In this document: positions 30,597-45,586 of the stretch, one piece after another
Position numbering within the stretch: position 1 is the stretch's first letter
How the letters are laid out: each line of letters starts with the position of its first letter
NCBI RefSeq assembly: GCF_028368995.1
Contig: NZ_JAQNDL010000004.1
Coordinates: 352,001-416,000 of the forward strand
Length of the DNA: 64,000 nt
Source of the DNA: Nannocystis bainbridge
GTDB taxonomy: Bacteria > Myxococcota_A > Polyangia > Nannocystales > Nannocystaceae
Reading direction: 5' to 3'
The notes under the pieces: model-generated
Database searches by the model: none
The model's input: the letters and a program-made list of their open reading frames with translations, nothing else
Told to the model about the DNA's origin: nothing
Translations under genes and position numbers: made by a program

Positions 30597-31310
30597 GTGA
30601 CCCCACGAACCTTGCTCGCCCTCGCCCTCGCTCTGACCGCCTGTGACGGCGCCAAGCCGCCTGCTGCCGCCGGAACGCCGACCAAGACGCCCGCCGCCGA
30701 CGGCGAGGCGAAGGCCGCCGCCCCGACGCCGGCGCCGACCGCGAACCCGCTCGCCGATCCGGCCGCGGTCGCGGCGATCGGCAAGCCGGCCCCCGACTTC
30801 ACGCTGCCGACCGCCGACGGCAAGACGGTCAAGCTGTCCGACCTGCGCGGCAAGACGGTGGTGATCGAGTGGTTCAACCCCGAGTGCCCGTTCGTCAAGG
30901 CGGCGCACGACGCCGGACCGCTGAAGGATCTGGCGGCGCGCACGACGGCGGCGTCGCCGACGGTGACGTGGCTGGCGATCAACTCCGGCGCGCCGGGCAA
31001 GCAGGGCCACGGCGCGGACGCCAACCAGGCCGCGGCCAAGACGTGGTCGCTGGCCCACCCGATCCTGCTCGACGAGACGGGCGCGGTCGGCCACGCGTAC
31101 GGGGCCACCAACACGCCGCACATGTACATCGTCGACGCCGAGGGCGCGCTGGTCTACCGCGGCGGCCTCGACAACGCGCCGATGAACGAGGCCGAGGGCG
31201 GCACGCGCGTGGCGCTGTTCGAGGACGCGCTGGCGGCCGTGCTGGGCGGCAAGCCGGTCGCGCAGGCCGACACGCGCGCGTGGGGCTGCTCGGTCAAGTA
31301 CGCGAAGTGA
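30597..31310 (+). CDS. Redoxin / AhpC-TSA family lipoprotein
   Basis: Lipobox LTAC, APDFTL, VIEWFNPECPFV, YGATNTPHMY, WGCSVKY. Confidence 0.88.
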   Translation: MTPRTLLALALALTACDGAKPPAAAGTPTKTPAADGEAKAAAPTPAPTANPLADPAAVAAIGKPAPDFTLPTADGKTVKLSDLRGKTVVIEWFNPECPFVKAAHDAGPLKDLAARTTAASPTVTWLAINSGAPGKQGHGADANQAAAKTWSLAHPILLDETGAVGHAYGATNTPHMYIVDAEGALVYRGGLDNAPMNEAEGGTRVALFEDALAAVLGGKPVAQADTRAWGCSVKYAK

Positions 31311-31374
31311 GGCGGGCGGCCGCGCACGCGCGCGGCTGTACGTCGAGTCCGCGAACTGAAGCGAGCTGGCGGCC

Positions 31375-31550
31375 GCGCGCCAGCGTGAGCGGGGCGGTCG
31401 CTGCCGGGCGCGCCTGCGGGACGGTCGCTCGCTGTCGGGCCAGCGTGAGCGGGGCGGCCGCTCGCGCTGCCGGGCCAGCGTGAGCGGGACGGTCGCTCGC
31501 TGCCGGGCGCGCCAGCGTGAGCGGGACGGTTGCTCGCTGTCGGGCGCGCC
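31375..31550. repeat. Degenerate intergenic tandem repeat (about 35 bp unit)
   Basis: CAGCGTGAGCGGG at 31381, 31441, 31476, 31513, each followed by (G/A)CGGTCGCT(CGCT)GYCGG-like tails. Confidence 0.8.
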
Positions 31551-31577
31551 GCTGCGAGTCCACGGTCGCGGCAGGGC

Positions 31578-31725
31578 TGTCCTCGAGGACAGGCGCGGGC
31601 CCGCTCGGTGGACGCGACGCGGCTGTCCTCGGGGACATGTTCTTCGCGGCTGCGCCGAGATGGTCGAGGTCCCGGGACGTGGCTCTCAGAGCATGTTCAA
31701 AACGACATGTCTGAAGGGACATGCC
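31578..31725. repeat. TGTC-N6-GACA sites plus a 14-bp-phased array
   Basis: Single sites at 31578 and 31624; phased cores at 31676, 31690, 31704, 31718. Confidence 0.85.
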
Positions 31726-31795
31726 CGATCGCGGACGCACGAACGGCGCGGGCCCGAGGGGCGCCGCGCCGTTCGGGGGCCGCGGAGGGCGCGGC

Positions 31796-32539
31796 TCACT
31801 TGTTCTTGAGCTTGGCGGCCTCTTCGGCGGTCAGGCAGCGGTCGTCGACGACGTTGTTGCAGTCGTCGTCGAGGTTGTTGCAGATCTCCTGGCTCGGCTG
31901 GACATTGGCGACGCACTGGATCCGGCCGCCGAGGCACTGCATGACGCCCGGGGCGCACACGCCGACCTTGCCGGTCTGGCAGGCGACGCCGGTGCCCGGC
32001 ACGTCCTCGTCGATCTTGTCGTCGCAGTCGTTGTCGAGGCCGTCGCACACCTCGGCCTTGATCGAGGGCTGCGGGGCGTCACACGTGGCGCCCTTGCCGT
32101 CGGCGTTGCACTTCCACACGCCCGAGCTCTTGCACTCGCCCTTGCCGATCGTGCAGGTGGCGCCCTCGCGCTCGAAGTCGTTGTCGACGATGCCGTCGCA
32201 GTCGTCGTCCTTGCGGTTGCAGAGCTCCTTGATGGGCGTCACCTGACCGCTGCACTGGCCCCACGTCGCGTCGTCGCTGCAGGTGCGCGTGCCGTCCTTG
32301 CACAGGCCGCGGCCGGAGGTGCCTTGCGGGCCGTCGTAGCAGGACTCGAGGATCTTCGGCTTGCACTGCGCGGGCTTGCTGCCGGTCGAGTTGAGCTCCT
32401 CGAGGAGCCTCTTCTGCTCGAGGTTCTGGTCGGTATTGGCGCACGCGCCGACGAAGGCGCCGATCGCTAGCCCGGCGAGGCATCCCCGGCGGAGGATCCC
32501 TGTGCCGGAGGCGAAAAAGGACGCAGCGGGGTTTCCCAT
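31796..32539 (-). CDS. Cys-rich lipoprotein with myxobacterial E-x-C-[ND]-x2-D-[DN]-D-C-D repeats (MopE/Cu-binding-like)
   Basis: Lipobox VGAC; ELCNRKDDDCDG, EVCDGLDNDCDD, EICNNLDDDCNN. Confidence 0.8.
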   Translation of the reverse strand: MGNPAASFFASGTGILRRGCLAGLAIGAFVGACANTDQNLEQKRLLEELNSTGSKPAQCKPKILESCYDGPQGTSGRGLCKDGTRTCSDDATWGQCSGQVTPIKELCNRKDDDCDGIVDNDFEREGATCTIGKGECKSSGVWKCNADGKGATCDAPQPSIKAEVCDGLDNDCDDKIDEDVPGTGVACQTGKVGVCAPGVMQCLGGRIQCVANVQPSQEICNNLDDDCNNVVDDRCLTAEEAAKLKNK

Positions 32540-32581
32540 GGCCGGGACTATACACCGCCTGATATCATCCGCCGCATCAAA

Positions 32582-33055
32582 GTGTCCCTGCTGGGCAAAG
32601 TCTACCTTCTGGTCAGCCTCATCCTGCTCGCGCTGGGCCTCGTGTGGACGCTCGTCACGCTGGGTGCGAACACCGGATGGGTCGAGGTGGTGCTCTACCT
32701 GCCCGCCGCCGATCTTGCCCCGTCGTTCGTCCGCCGCCGCTTCGAGGTCCACGCCGCGGCGCTGCTGGCCGGATGGGTCGCCACCGCGGCGCTGCTGGCC
32801 GTGGCGGCCATCCGGGCGCCGTTTCGGATCCGGTCCGCGGCGATCGCGCAACGGCGCACCCGCGAGCTCGAGCGTGAAGTGCTCGAGCTCCGCACCTTGC
32901 CCCTGCGACAGGAGGACGAGGACGAATTGCTGGCCCGCGAGGCCCATCTCAGCGATACGCGCCGGCCCGTGATGCTCGGCGTGTCGGGCCCGAGCACGGC
33001 GGCGACGCGGTCATGGTCGGGCTCGCAGCCGCGACGCGAAGGGGACGTCGGGTGA
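32582..33055 (+). CDS. LapA-like small membrane protein
   Basis: Two TMs then a coiled coil (RTRELEREVLELRTLPL); upstream of a LapB-like gene. Confidence 0.6.
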   Translation: MSLLGKVYLLVSLILLALGLVWTLVTLGANTGWVEVVLYLPAADLAPSFVRRRFEVHAAALLAGWVATAALLAVAAIRAPFRIRSAAIAQRRTRELEREVLELRTLPLRQEDEDELLAREAHLSDTRRPVMLGVSGPSTAATRSWSGSQPRREGDVG

Positions 33056-34233
33056 GCGAGCTGCTGGCGTTCGTGGTCGTGGCCCTGGCCGCCGGCGGAA
33101 TCGGGGCTGCCCTGGCGTGGTGGCGGTTGGCGCCGCGGCGGGAGGCGATCGAGCGACTGGCCCGCCGCGGGCACGTGATCCGCGAGCTCGCCGAGGGCGA
33201 CGTCGAGAACGTGGCCGAAGAGCTCGAGCGGATCGCGGAGGTCGAGCCCAACGACGCGACCGTGTTCCTCGCCCTGGCCGCGCTCGACCGCCGTCGCGGC
33301 CGCGTCGAGCGGGCCAAGGCGCTGCACCGCACGGTCCTGGCGTCGGCCGAGCTGGCGCCCGAGATGCGGGTCGCGGGGCTGGTCGGCCTCGGGCGCGATC
33401 TGCTGGCGCAGGGCCACGAGCAGGCGGCCGTCGGGGCGCTGACGCGGGCGATCAGCCTGGCGCCGCAATCGGTGGCGACGCTCGAGTCGCTGGCGCAGGC
33501 GCTCGAGCAGGCCGGCGCGTGGGAGCGGGCGGCGGCGGCGTGGGAGCGCCACGAGAAGCTGGCGCCGGCGCGGCGGCGGAGGCAGTCGCGGATCGGTCGC
33601 GGGCACGCGGTCGCCGGTCAGGCGCTGGCGGCCCTGCACGAGGGCGATCCCTTCAAGGCGCGCAAGCTGGTCGAGCGCGCGCTCGAGCTGGCGCCCGACA
33701 GCGGTCACGTGTGGACCGCGCGGGCCCGCGTCGCCGTGGTCGCGGGGGCCCGCGAGGAGGCGCTCGAGGCGTGGCAGCGGGCCTGGGAGCTGGCGCCTGC
33801 GGGCGCGCACGCGCTGACGAGCGAGGCGTGGTCGTGGGCGAAGGAGGAGGGCGCGCAGGACGAGCTGCTCGAGCGCATGCAGGCGAGCTTGCGCACGGCG
33901 AACGCCAGCAGTCTGGTAGTGGCGCTGGCCGAGCGCGTGGCTCGGCGTGACCCCGACCAGGCGGCCCAGGCGCTCGGCAGGGTCGCGTCACGCTCCCCCG
34001 CGGCGGCGCTCGGACTGATACGCTTGCGCCTCGCTCAGGCGCCGCGCGATGCGGCGCCCGATGCCACGGTCCGCGACGCTGCGATGAATTACAACACGCC
34101 CCCCACGCTCGTGTGCCGGCTGTGCGCCGCGCCGATGGCCAGATTCGGCTTCCGCTGCAGCTGCGGGGCCTGGGACAGCGCCGTCGCGGTCGAGGACCTG
34201 AGCCCGCGTTCGGGCGCCAGGAGCCGCACATGA
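33052..34233 (+). CDS. LapB (YciM)-like TPR protein with C-terminal Cys4 metal site
   Basis: N-terminal TM, RRRGRVERAKALHR, TPR helices, CRLC...CSCGAWDS. Confidence 0.72.
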   Translation: MSELLAFVVVALAAGGIGAALAWWRLAPRREAIERLARRGHVIRELAEGDVENVAEELERIAEVEPNDATVFLALAALDRRRGRVERAKALHRTVLASAELAPEMRVAGLVGLGRDLLAQGHEQAAVGALTRAISLAPQSVATLESLAQALEQAGAWERAAAAWERHEKLAPARRRRQSRIGRGHAVAGQALAALHEGDPFKARKLVERALELAPDSGHVWTARARVAVVAGAREEALEAWQRAWELAPAGAHALTSEAWSWAKEEGAQDELLERMQASLRTANASSLVVALAERVARRDPDQAAQALGRVASRSPAAALGLIRLRLAQAPRDAAPDATVRDAAMNYNTPPTLVCRLCAAPMARFGFRCSCGAWDSAVAVEDLSPRSGARSRT

Positions 34234-35620
34234 ACGACTCGACGCCGACACGCAAGCACGAGCTGCTCGGGTCGATCGGGCGGTTCCTCCGGCTGTGGGG
34301 CTTCCTGCTGTTCCCGGTGGTGCTCGCCATCATCTTCCGCGAGGTGATGGTCCCGTTCGTGTTCGCGTTCGCCCTGGCGTACCTGATGGCGCCGGTGATC
34401 AACCGGATGCAGGTCCGGCTCGGACGCGTGCTCTCGGTCATCCTCGTCTATCTGTCGCTGTTCGGGCTGATGACGGCGTTTTTGACGCTGTTCTTGCCGG
34501 CGCTCGTGGCCGACTTCTCGCGCCTGCGCGACACGGCCCCGGCGGCGATCGAGTACCTCGATCAGAACGTGCTGCCGCAGGCGTCGCGGTGGGTCGACGG
34601 CTCGCTCGGCACGCTCCACCAGCTCGACGAGGCGGTGACGACGGGACCGATGGAGCCGCCGAAGCCGTCGGAGCTGCTGGCCAAGCCGAACCGCGACGGC
34701 TCGTGGTCGATCAGCCTCGAGGGCGCGCGGCTCCACGTGGCCGACGCTGGCGACGGCCGCTACACGATCGCGGCCCCGAGCTCGACCGAAGAGAAGAAGC
34801 TGACCGACACGCTGCGCAAGCTGGTGGTGTCGAAGGGCACCGAGTACACCGGCCAGATCGCCGGGTTCCTCCGCAGCCTGGTCAGCGGGGTCACGACCTT
34901 CCTGACGAACTTCACGATCACGCTGATGCTGGCGGCGTTCATCCTCGTCAACCCGCAGCGGGTGACGGGCTTCGTGCGGGCGATGGTGCCGATCCAGCAC
35001 CGCCGCACCTACGACGAGATCATGGGCCTGCTCGACGTCGGCCTCGCCGGGGTCATCCGCGGCCAGCTGCTGATCTGCCTGGTCAACGGCGTGCTGACCT
35101 ACATCGGCCTCGTCATCTTCGACATCAAGTACAGCTTCCTGCTGGCGGTGGTGGCGGCGGCGTTCAGCCTGGTGCCGATCTTCGGCACCATCATCTCGTC
35201 GATCCCGATCCTGCTGGTGGCGCTGGTGTCGAACGAGAACGGCCTGTCGTTCGGGCCGCCGCTGCTGATGCTGGCGTGGATCGCCGGCATCCACCTGCTC
35301 GAAGCCAACGTGTTCAACCCGAAGATCATCGGCGACGCGGCGCACATGCACCCGGTCGTGGTGATCTTCGCGCTGCTGGCGGGTGAGCACGTCTACGGGC
35401 TGACCGGGGCGCTGCTGGCGGCGCCGGTGGCGAGCATGCTGCAGACGCTGTTCCTGTTCGCGTTCCGCCGCTCGCGCTGGCACCACGGGCCGAGCACGTC
35501 CGGCGACGTCGTGCCGGCGATGCAGTCGGTGACGACCTCGGTCGAGGCGTCGCGCGTGGCCGCCGACTCGGGCAGCTTCGTCGCCGCCGACAGCGACGCC
35601 TCGGACCGCTTCACCGGGCC

Positions 35621-35624
<4 letters not shown>
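34230..35624 (+). CDS. AI-2E family transporter
   Basis: PFVFAFALAYLMAP, IRGQLLI, LVPIFG, LEANVFNPKIIG, MHPVVVIFALLAG. Confidence 0.88.
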
Positions 35625-40867
<5,243 letters not shown>

Positions 40868-40878
40868 GCGTCGCGCCT

Positions 40879-40925
40879 GCCAACCTCGTTGGCGATTTGG
40901 TCCCTGGTCGCCATCGGGGTTGCGA
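40879..40925. promoter_or_regulatory. Candidate enhancer (UAS) pair for the sigma54 activator
   Basis: GCCAAC-ctc-GTTGGC at 40879 and GCCATC-ggg-GTTGCG at 40910. Confidence 0.45.
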
Positions 40926-40964
40926 GGCCGCTGGGCTTTATCCAGCGATCACGCCCTTGGCGGC

Positions 40965-40981
40965 TTGGTGTAAGCCTTGCA
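40965..40981 (+). promoter_or_regulatory. sigma54 -24/-12 promoter
   Basis: TTGGTGTAAGCCTTGCA: GG-N10-GC with TTGCA at -12. Confidence 0.65.
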
Positions 40982-41047
40982 CAATGAGACCGTGGTCGCA
41001 GACCCACGGTGCTCGCCGTGCGTCGCAGCCGCCTGGAGCTCCGACCC

Positions 41048-41479
41048 ATGCACTTCCGCGTCCTCCTCGCCGCCGTCCTCGTCGTCCTGAGCGCCTGCAA
41101 CACGCACCTGCCTACGCGCACCGACCGGCCGTTCACCGGGCAGTTCGGGATCTCCGTGCCGGTCCCGCCGCCGAGCCTCAAGGCGGCCCCTGTGCAGTAC
41201 GTGCGAGTGCAGGGCAACCTCGAGGTCGAGGCGCCGCAGGCCGACACGCGGGTGTTCGTGTACGACAGCTCCGGCGATCGGGGCTTCTTCGTGTTCGCCG
41301 ACCAGTACGGCCAGTTCGAGTTCGACGCGGTGAAGCTCGACCTCACCGACAACTGCCTCGAGGTGTGGTTCGAGGAGCCGGGTCTCGACGGACCGGCGAG
41401 CCAGCACCGGTTCTACGTCGCCGGCATCGAGGCGGACGACGCGACCGTGGCGACGATGGAGCAGGCCGACGAGTGCTGA
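41048..41479 (+). CDS. Small lipoprotein of unknown function
   Basis: Lipobox LSAC; GGAG upstream; beta-sandwich-like sequence. Confidence 0.7.
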   Translation: MHFRVLLAAVLVVLSACNTHLPTRTDRPFTGQFGISVPVPPPSLKAAPVQYVRVQGNLEVEAPQADTRVFVYDSSGDRGFFVFADQYGQFEFDAVKLDLTDNCLEVWFEEPGLDGPASQHRFYVAGIEADDATVATMEQADEC

Positions 41480-41703
41480 GCCCGGCGCCCGGAGTGAGCT
41501 GGCCCGAAGGACAGGTCGTCGAGACGACGCGCGCGGCTCGACGCGTGCGGTGTGCATCGGTCGGGCGGCGACTCTGCCGTACGGGCTTCGTGGCGCTCCT
41601 CCACGGCTGTCACGAAGCCCTCACGCCGACAGCAGCGCCCGAAAGCACCAGAGCCCGCCAGCGAAGCTGACGGGCCCTGCGAGGACTCGACCGGGAGGCG
41701 CGC

Positions 41704-42675
41704 TTACTGGGTCTTGACCGCCTTGCCGCCGACCTTGAGCACGGAGCGCTTGGCCTTGGGCGGGAGGTAGAACGTGACGCCGAGCGAGAACATCACGTTG
41801 TGGTTCCAGTTGGCGTCCTGGCGGTCGACCTTCGGCGGCACGTCCGTCGTGGTCGAGTTGAGGCCGGCCGCGTTGTTGTAGGTCATGATGTCGTGGACAT
41901 CGAGGTTGAGCGAGGCGAAGTCGGCGAGGAAGATGTTCACGCCGCCGCCGAAGCTCGGACCGACCTTGAGGCCCGTGTCGGGCTTGACCGGGTGCAGGTA
42001 ACACTCGCGGTTGGTGCTGTCCCCGTCGCGGCAGTACGTCGGGCTGCCGTTCGCCGTGTCGAGGCCGAGCAGGTCGCTGGTCGACCGGGCGTTCGGGTAG
42101 TGACGCCCGAAATTGGCCAGGCCGAGGCCGGCGAACAGGTACATGTCGTACTCGGTGAAGATGCCCGAGAACAGGCCCAGCTTGCCGCTGAAGGGCTTGA
42201 ACACAACGTCGAAGCTGGCCAGCCAGTTGTTGCGCGTGAGGCCCGACTGGAAGTCGTGGAGCAGCGGCGCGGGGCTGTTGAAGTCGGCCAGCGTACGGAC
42301 GGGCGCGAGGGACTGGTTCTCGGGCGTACCCGTCGGGATGCCGCGCGGGAGGCCGCCGGACTCGTCGTTGAGCGCCTTGAGCAGCTTGGCGTCGCGGTTG
42401 ATCACGCCGTACGCGAACTTCGCCTGGATGCCGATCCAGTCGGTGAAGTCGAAGTGGAGCTTGCCGCCGACGTAACCCTTGTGGACGAAGGTCTGCGACA
42501 GGCTCATGCCGACGAACGGCGTGATGCCGAAGCGAAGCTTGCGCAGCTCGAGCTTGCGGACGACGACCGGCTTGCCTTCGAGCGGGCTCTTCCGCTTGGC
42601 ATGCGCGACGTCGGGGAGCAACGAGATGGCGACCAGGGATGCCGCCAGAACAGTGAGCGATCGAATCCGGTGCAT
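41704..42675 (-). CDS. Myxobacterial outer-membrane beta-barrel protein (GltA/GltB-like)
   Basis: Signal peptide, VVRKLELRKLRFGITP, KPFSGKLGLF, C-terminal FSLGVTFYLP. Confidence 0.7.
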   Translation of the reverse strand: MHRIRSLTVLAASLVAISLLPDVAHAKRKSPLEGKPVVVRKLELRKLRFGITPFVGMSLSQTFVHKGYVGGKLHFDFTDWIGIQAKFAYGVINRDAKLLKALNDESGGLPRGIPTGTPENQSLAPVRTLADFNSPAPLLHDFQSGLTRNNWLASFDVVFKPFSGKLGLFSGIFTEYDMYLFAGLGLANFGRHYPNARSTSDLLGLDTANGSPTYCRDGDSTNRECYLHPVKPDTGLKVGPSFGGGVNIFLADFASLNLDVHDIMTYNNAAGLNSTTTDVPPKVDRQDANWNHNVMFSLGVTFYLPPKAKRSVLKVGGKAVKTQ

Positions 42676-42687
42676 GTCGAGGTGCTC

Positions 42688-43686
42688 TTAGCGGCGGGTG
42701 GTGTACTGGAAGGAGGTGGGGAAGTAGAAGCTCAACCCCAGGAAGAAGACCACGTTGAAGGCGAGCTTCTTGACCGCGGCATCCTTGGCAGCGTCGGCGG
42801 AGTCGAGGCTGTCGAGCTGATTGGGGCCCGGGCCACGCTCCGTCGGCTCGAGCTTGTCCTGGTAGATCCAGGTGCGAACGCCGAAGTTGACCGAGATCCA
42901 GTCGACGCGCGGGCCGTAGAAGCGGGCGCCGATGGCGAAGTTGCCCTGGCCGGTGAGGTGGCGGAACGGCTCGTGGATGGCCTCGTACCGCGGAATCACC
43001 TGGGTCTGGATCGCGCCGCCGCCGACCTGGACGTACGACTCCCAGTGCATCAAGGCACGGTTGAACACCGCGATCTTGCCGTAGAACGGGTTGTAGAGGA
43101 AGTTGACGCTGGCCTGCCACAGCGTCTTGTTCGCGGTCAACAGCACGCTCTCCTGGAAGCGGATGTTGGTGTACCGCGAGGTCTTGTTGCCGAAGAAGGC
43201 CGTGCCCGTGATACCGACCGCCATGCGGTTGGTGATCCAGTAGTTGAGCTCGGCGCCGACGGTGAAGTGGCGGACGAAGGGATCGTTGACCGTGATGCCG
43301 ATCTGCGGCTGCAGCTCGAAGCGCTTCTTCTTGAGGAAGCGCTGGCGCTGCACGACGGTAATGAACGCCTTGTCCTGCTTCAACTGGTCGGCTTCGGAGG
43401 TCGCGCTGACCTTGCCGGTCTCGCCCGAGGCCGCCGCCTTGCCCTTGTTCGCGTCGCCGAACAGGTCGGTCGAAGCACCGGCCTCACCACCTGCCTTGGC
43501 TTCGCCCGCGGGCTTGGCCGGGGTCTCGCTCTCGGCCTCGTCGAGGACGATCGTGTCGTCGTCGGCCGGGGCCGCAGGCGCGGCAGGAGCGGGGGCGGGT
43601 GCCGCGAGGGCCGCGGCGGCGGTTCCAGGAGCAGTGAAGGCCCAGGCTGCCAGGAGAACAGCCGAGCCGGTCAAAGAACGTCGCAT
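42688..43686 (-). CDS. Myxobacterial outer-membrane beta-barrel protein (GltA/GltB-like)
   Basis: VVQRQRFLKKKRFELQP...VNDPF, NPFYGKIAVFN, FLGLSFYFP; GAGGTG RBS. Confidence 0.75.
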   Translation of the reverse strand: MRRSLTGSAVLLAAWAFTAPGTAAAALAAPAPAPAAPAAPADDDTIVLDEAESETPAKPAGEAKAGGEAGASTDLFGDANKGKAAASGETGKVSATSEADQLKQDKAFITVVQRQRFLKKKRFELQPQIGITVNDPFVRHFTVGAELNYWITNRMAVGITGTAFFGNKTSRYTNIRFQESVLLTANKTLWQASVNFLYNPFYGKIAVFNRALMHWESYVQVGGGAIQTQVIPRYEAIHEPFRHLTGQGNFAIGARFYGPRVDWISVNFGVRTWIYQDKLEPTERGPGPNQLDSLDSADAAKDAAVKKLAFNVVFFLGLSFYFPTSFQYTTRR

Positions 43687-44176
43687 GCTCACCTCAAGGT
43701 CGACTGGCACGTGGGTATCTCGGAGGTCAGGCCCAGCGGCCTGTGGAGAGGCCCTGCAGGGCCGTAGGAGGCAGGAACTCAAGTGGCCGGGAAGGCCGGG
43801 TCTCAGCAGGCCCGAAGGCCGTTGGAAGCAGAATCGCAGAGCCGGGGTAGAAAATCATCAGGCCCAGAGGGCACCCGGCAACCGAAGCGATAGACACCGG
43901 TTTAGGGGTGTCGGACGGTATCACAGCCAACCACTAGGTCACAACAGGACAAGCGCTGTTTGATGGCGGGCGCTGTTTGGAGCAAAGGCACGCGGGGCGG
44001 CTCGTAGGCCCCAAGGCTGCCAAATTCGCAGGTGACGCCCCGACACGCGCCCGCCGGCTGCCCGGCGAAGTTGTGGAAGACGATCTCCGCGGCGGGGGTT
44101 GGGTGACCCGTCACGACCCGCCTGGCCGTGCGAAGGCGCAATTTCAAACACGGCCCCATGGCGTAGAAAGTGCCAG

Positions 44177-45352
44177 TCACGCCCTGGCGTCGTCCGGGTC
44201 GCCGAACATGGCCTCGACGAACGCGTCGGCGTCGAACGGCCGCAGGTCGTCGACCTTCTCGCCGATGCCGATGAAGCGGACCGGCACCCGCAGCTCGTCG
44301 CACACGCCGAGGACCACGCCGCCCTTGGCCGTGCCGTCGAGTTTGGTCAGCACGAGGCCGGTGAAGTCCATCGTCTCCTTGAACAGGACCGCCTGGGCGA
44401 GCGCGTTCTGGCCGATGGTGGCGTCGAGCACGAGGAAGGTGTCGTGCGGGCCGCGGACTTCGGTCTCCACGACCCCGCGAGCGCGCGCGAGGGCCTTGGC
44501 GCACGAGCGGCGGATCTTCTGCAGCTCGTCCATCAGCTCCTTCTTGGTGTGGAGCCGGCCGGCGGTGTCGCAGAGGACCACGTCGAAGCCCTCGCGGGCG
44601 CCGCGGGCGATGCCGTCGTGGATGACGCTCGAAGGATCGGCGCCCTCCTTGCCGAGGTGGATCTCGCAGCCGACGCGGCGGGCCCAGATCTCGAGCTGCT
44701 CGCCGGCGGCGGCGCGGAAGGTGTCGCCGGCGACCAGCAGCACGCGGCGCCCCGCGGCCTTGTGGAAGGCGGCCAGCTTGCCGAGCGTGGTCGTCTTGCC
44801 GACGCCGTTGACGCCGATCATCAGCAGCACGTAAGGCGGCGGGTTCGGGCTGTAGTCGAGCGGGTCGGCGGGGACGGCCAAGATCTGGCGCGCGGCGGTG
44901 CGGATGACGGCCCACACCTTGTCGGCGTCGGCGACGTCGCTCTTGTCGAGGAGGTCGGTGACCTGCTCGAGCAGCTTCTGCGCCGCCTTGGCGCCGATGT
45001 CGGCGGTGAACAGCACGCTCTCGACCTCTTCGCGCAGCTCGGCGCTGACGCGCGGGCGGCCGCGGAACAGGCGGGCGAGCTTGGCGACGAAGCCGCCGCG
45101 GGTGCGCGCGAGGCCGGCGACGTAGCGCTCCTGTTCGGCGGCGCGGGCCAGCTCCTCGGCGGTGAGCGGCCGGACCGGGACCTCGGGGGCGCGGCGGGTC
45201 GCCCCCTCGAGGGCGCGTGCGGGCGGTTCGCCGGTCAGCTCGGCCGGCGTCTTGGCCGGCGGGAGGGCGCGGCGACGCGCGAGGACGACGCCGCCGGTGA
45301 CGACGAGGACGCCGAGGATGGCGAGGAGCAGGTAGATCTCGGTCGAGGTCAT
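44177..45352 (-). CDS. ftsY: Signal recognition particle receptor FtsY with N-terminal TM anchor
   Basis: [48 protein letters not shown]. Confidence 0.96.
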   Translation of the reverse strand: MTSTEIYLLLAILGVLVVTGGVVLARRRALPPAKTPAELTGEPPARALEGATRRAPEVPVRPLTAEELARAAEQERYVAGLARTRGGFVAKLARLFRGRPRVSAELREEVESVLFTADIGAKAAQKLLEQVTDLLDKSDVADADKVWAVIRTAARQILAVPADPLDYSPNPPPYVLLMIGVNGVGKTTTLGKLAAFHKAAGRRVLLVAGDTFRAAAGEQLEIWARRVGCEIHLGKEGADPSSVIHDGIARGAREGFDVVLCDTAGRLHTKKELMDELQKIRRSCAKALARARGVVETEVRGPHDTFLVLDATIGQNALAQAVLFKETMDFTGLVLTKLDGTAKGGVVLGVCDELRVPVRFIGIGEKVDDLRPFDADAFVEAMFGDPDDARA

Positions 45353-45586
45353 CGGCGACGGCCACTGCAGCGGTAGCACAGCTGGCGCCGATCCTGAAGG
45401 GTTCGGGCGTAGCTCCGCGAGATCTGCGAGATCTCGGGGGCGCGGGGCGCGGGCGCCGGCGGGGCGGGGTGAGCCCGCGACATCCGATTCGGGCCCCGGC
45501 CCCGGGAGATCGTCACCGCGGGCTTTTCCGGGGCGGCGGGTGGTGCTATCTCGCGGACGCCAGCGTTTTTTTGCGCGCGCCGTTCG

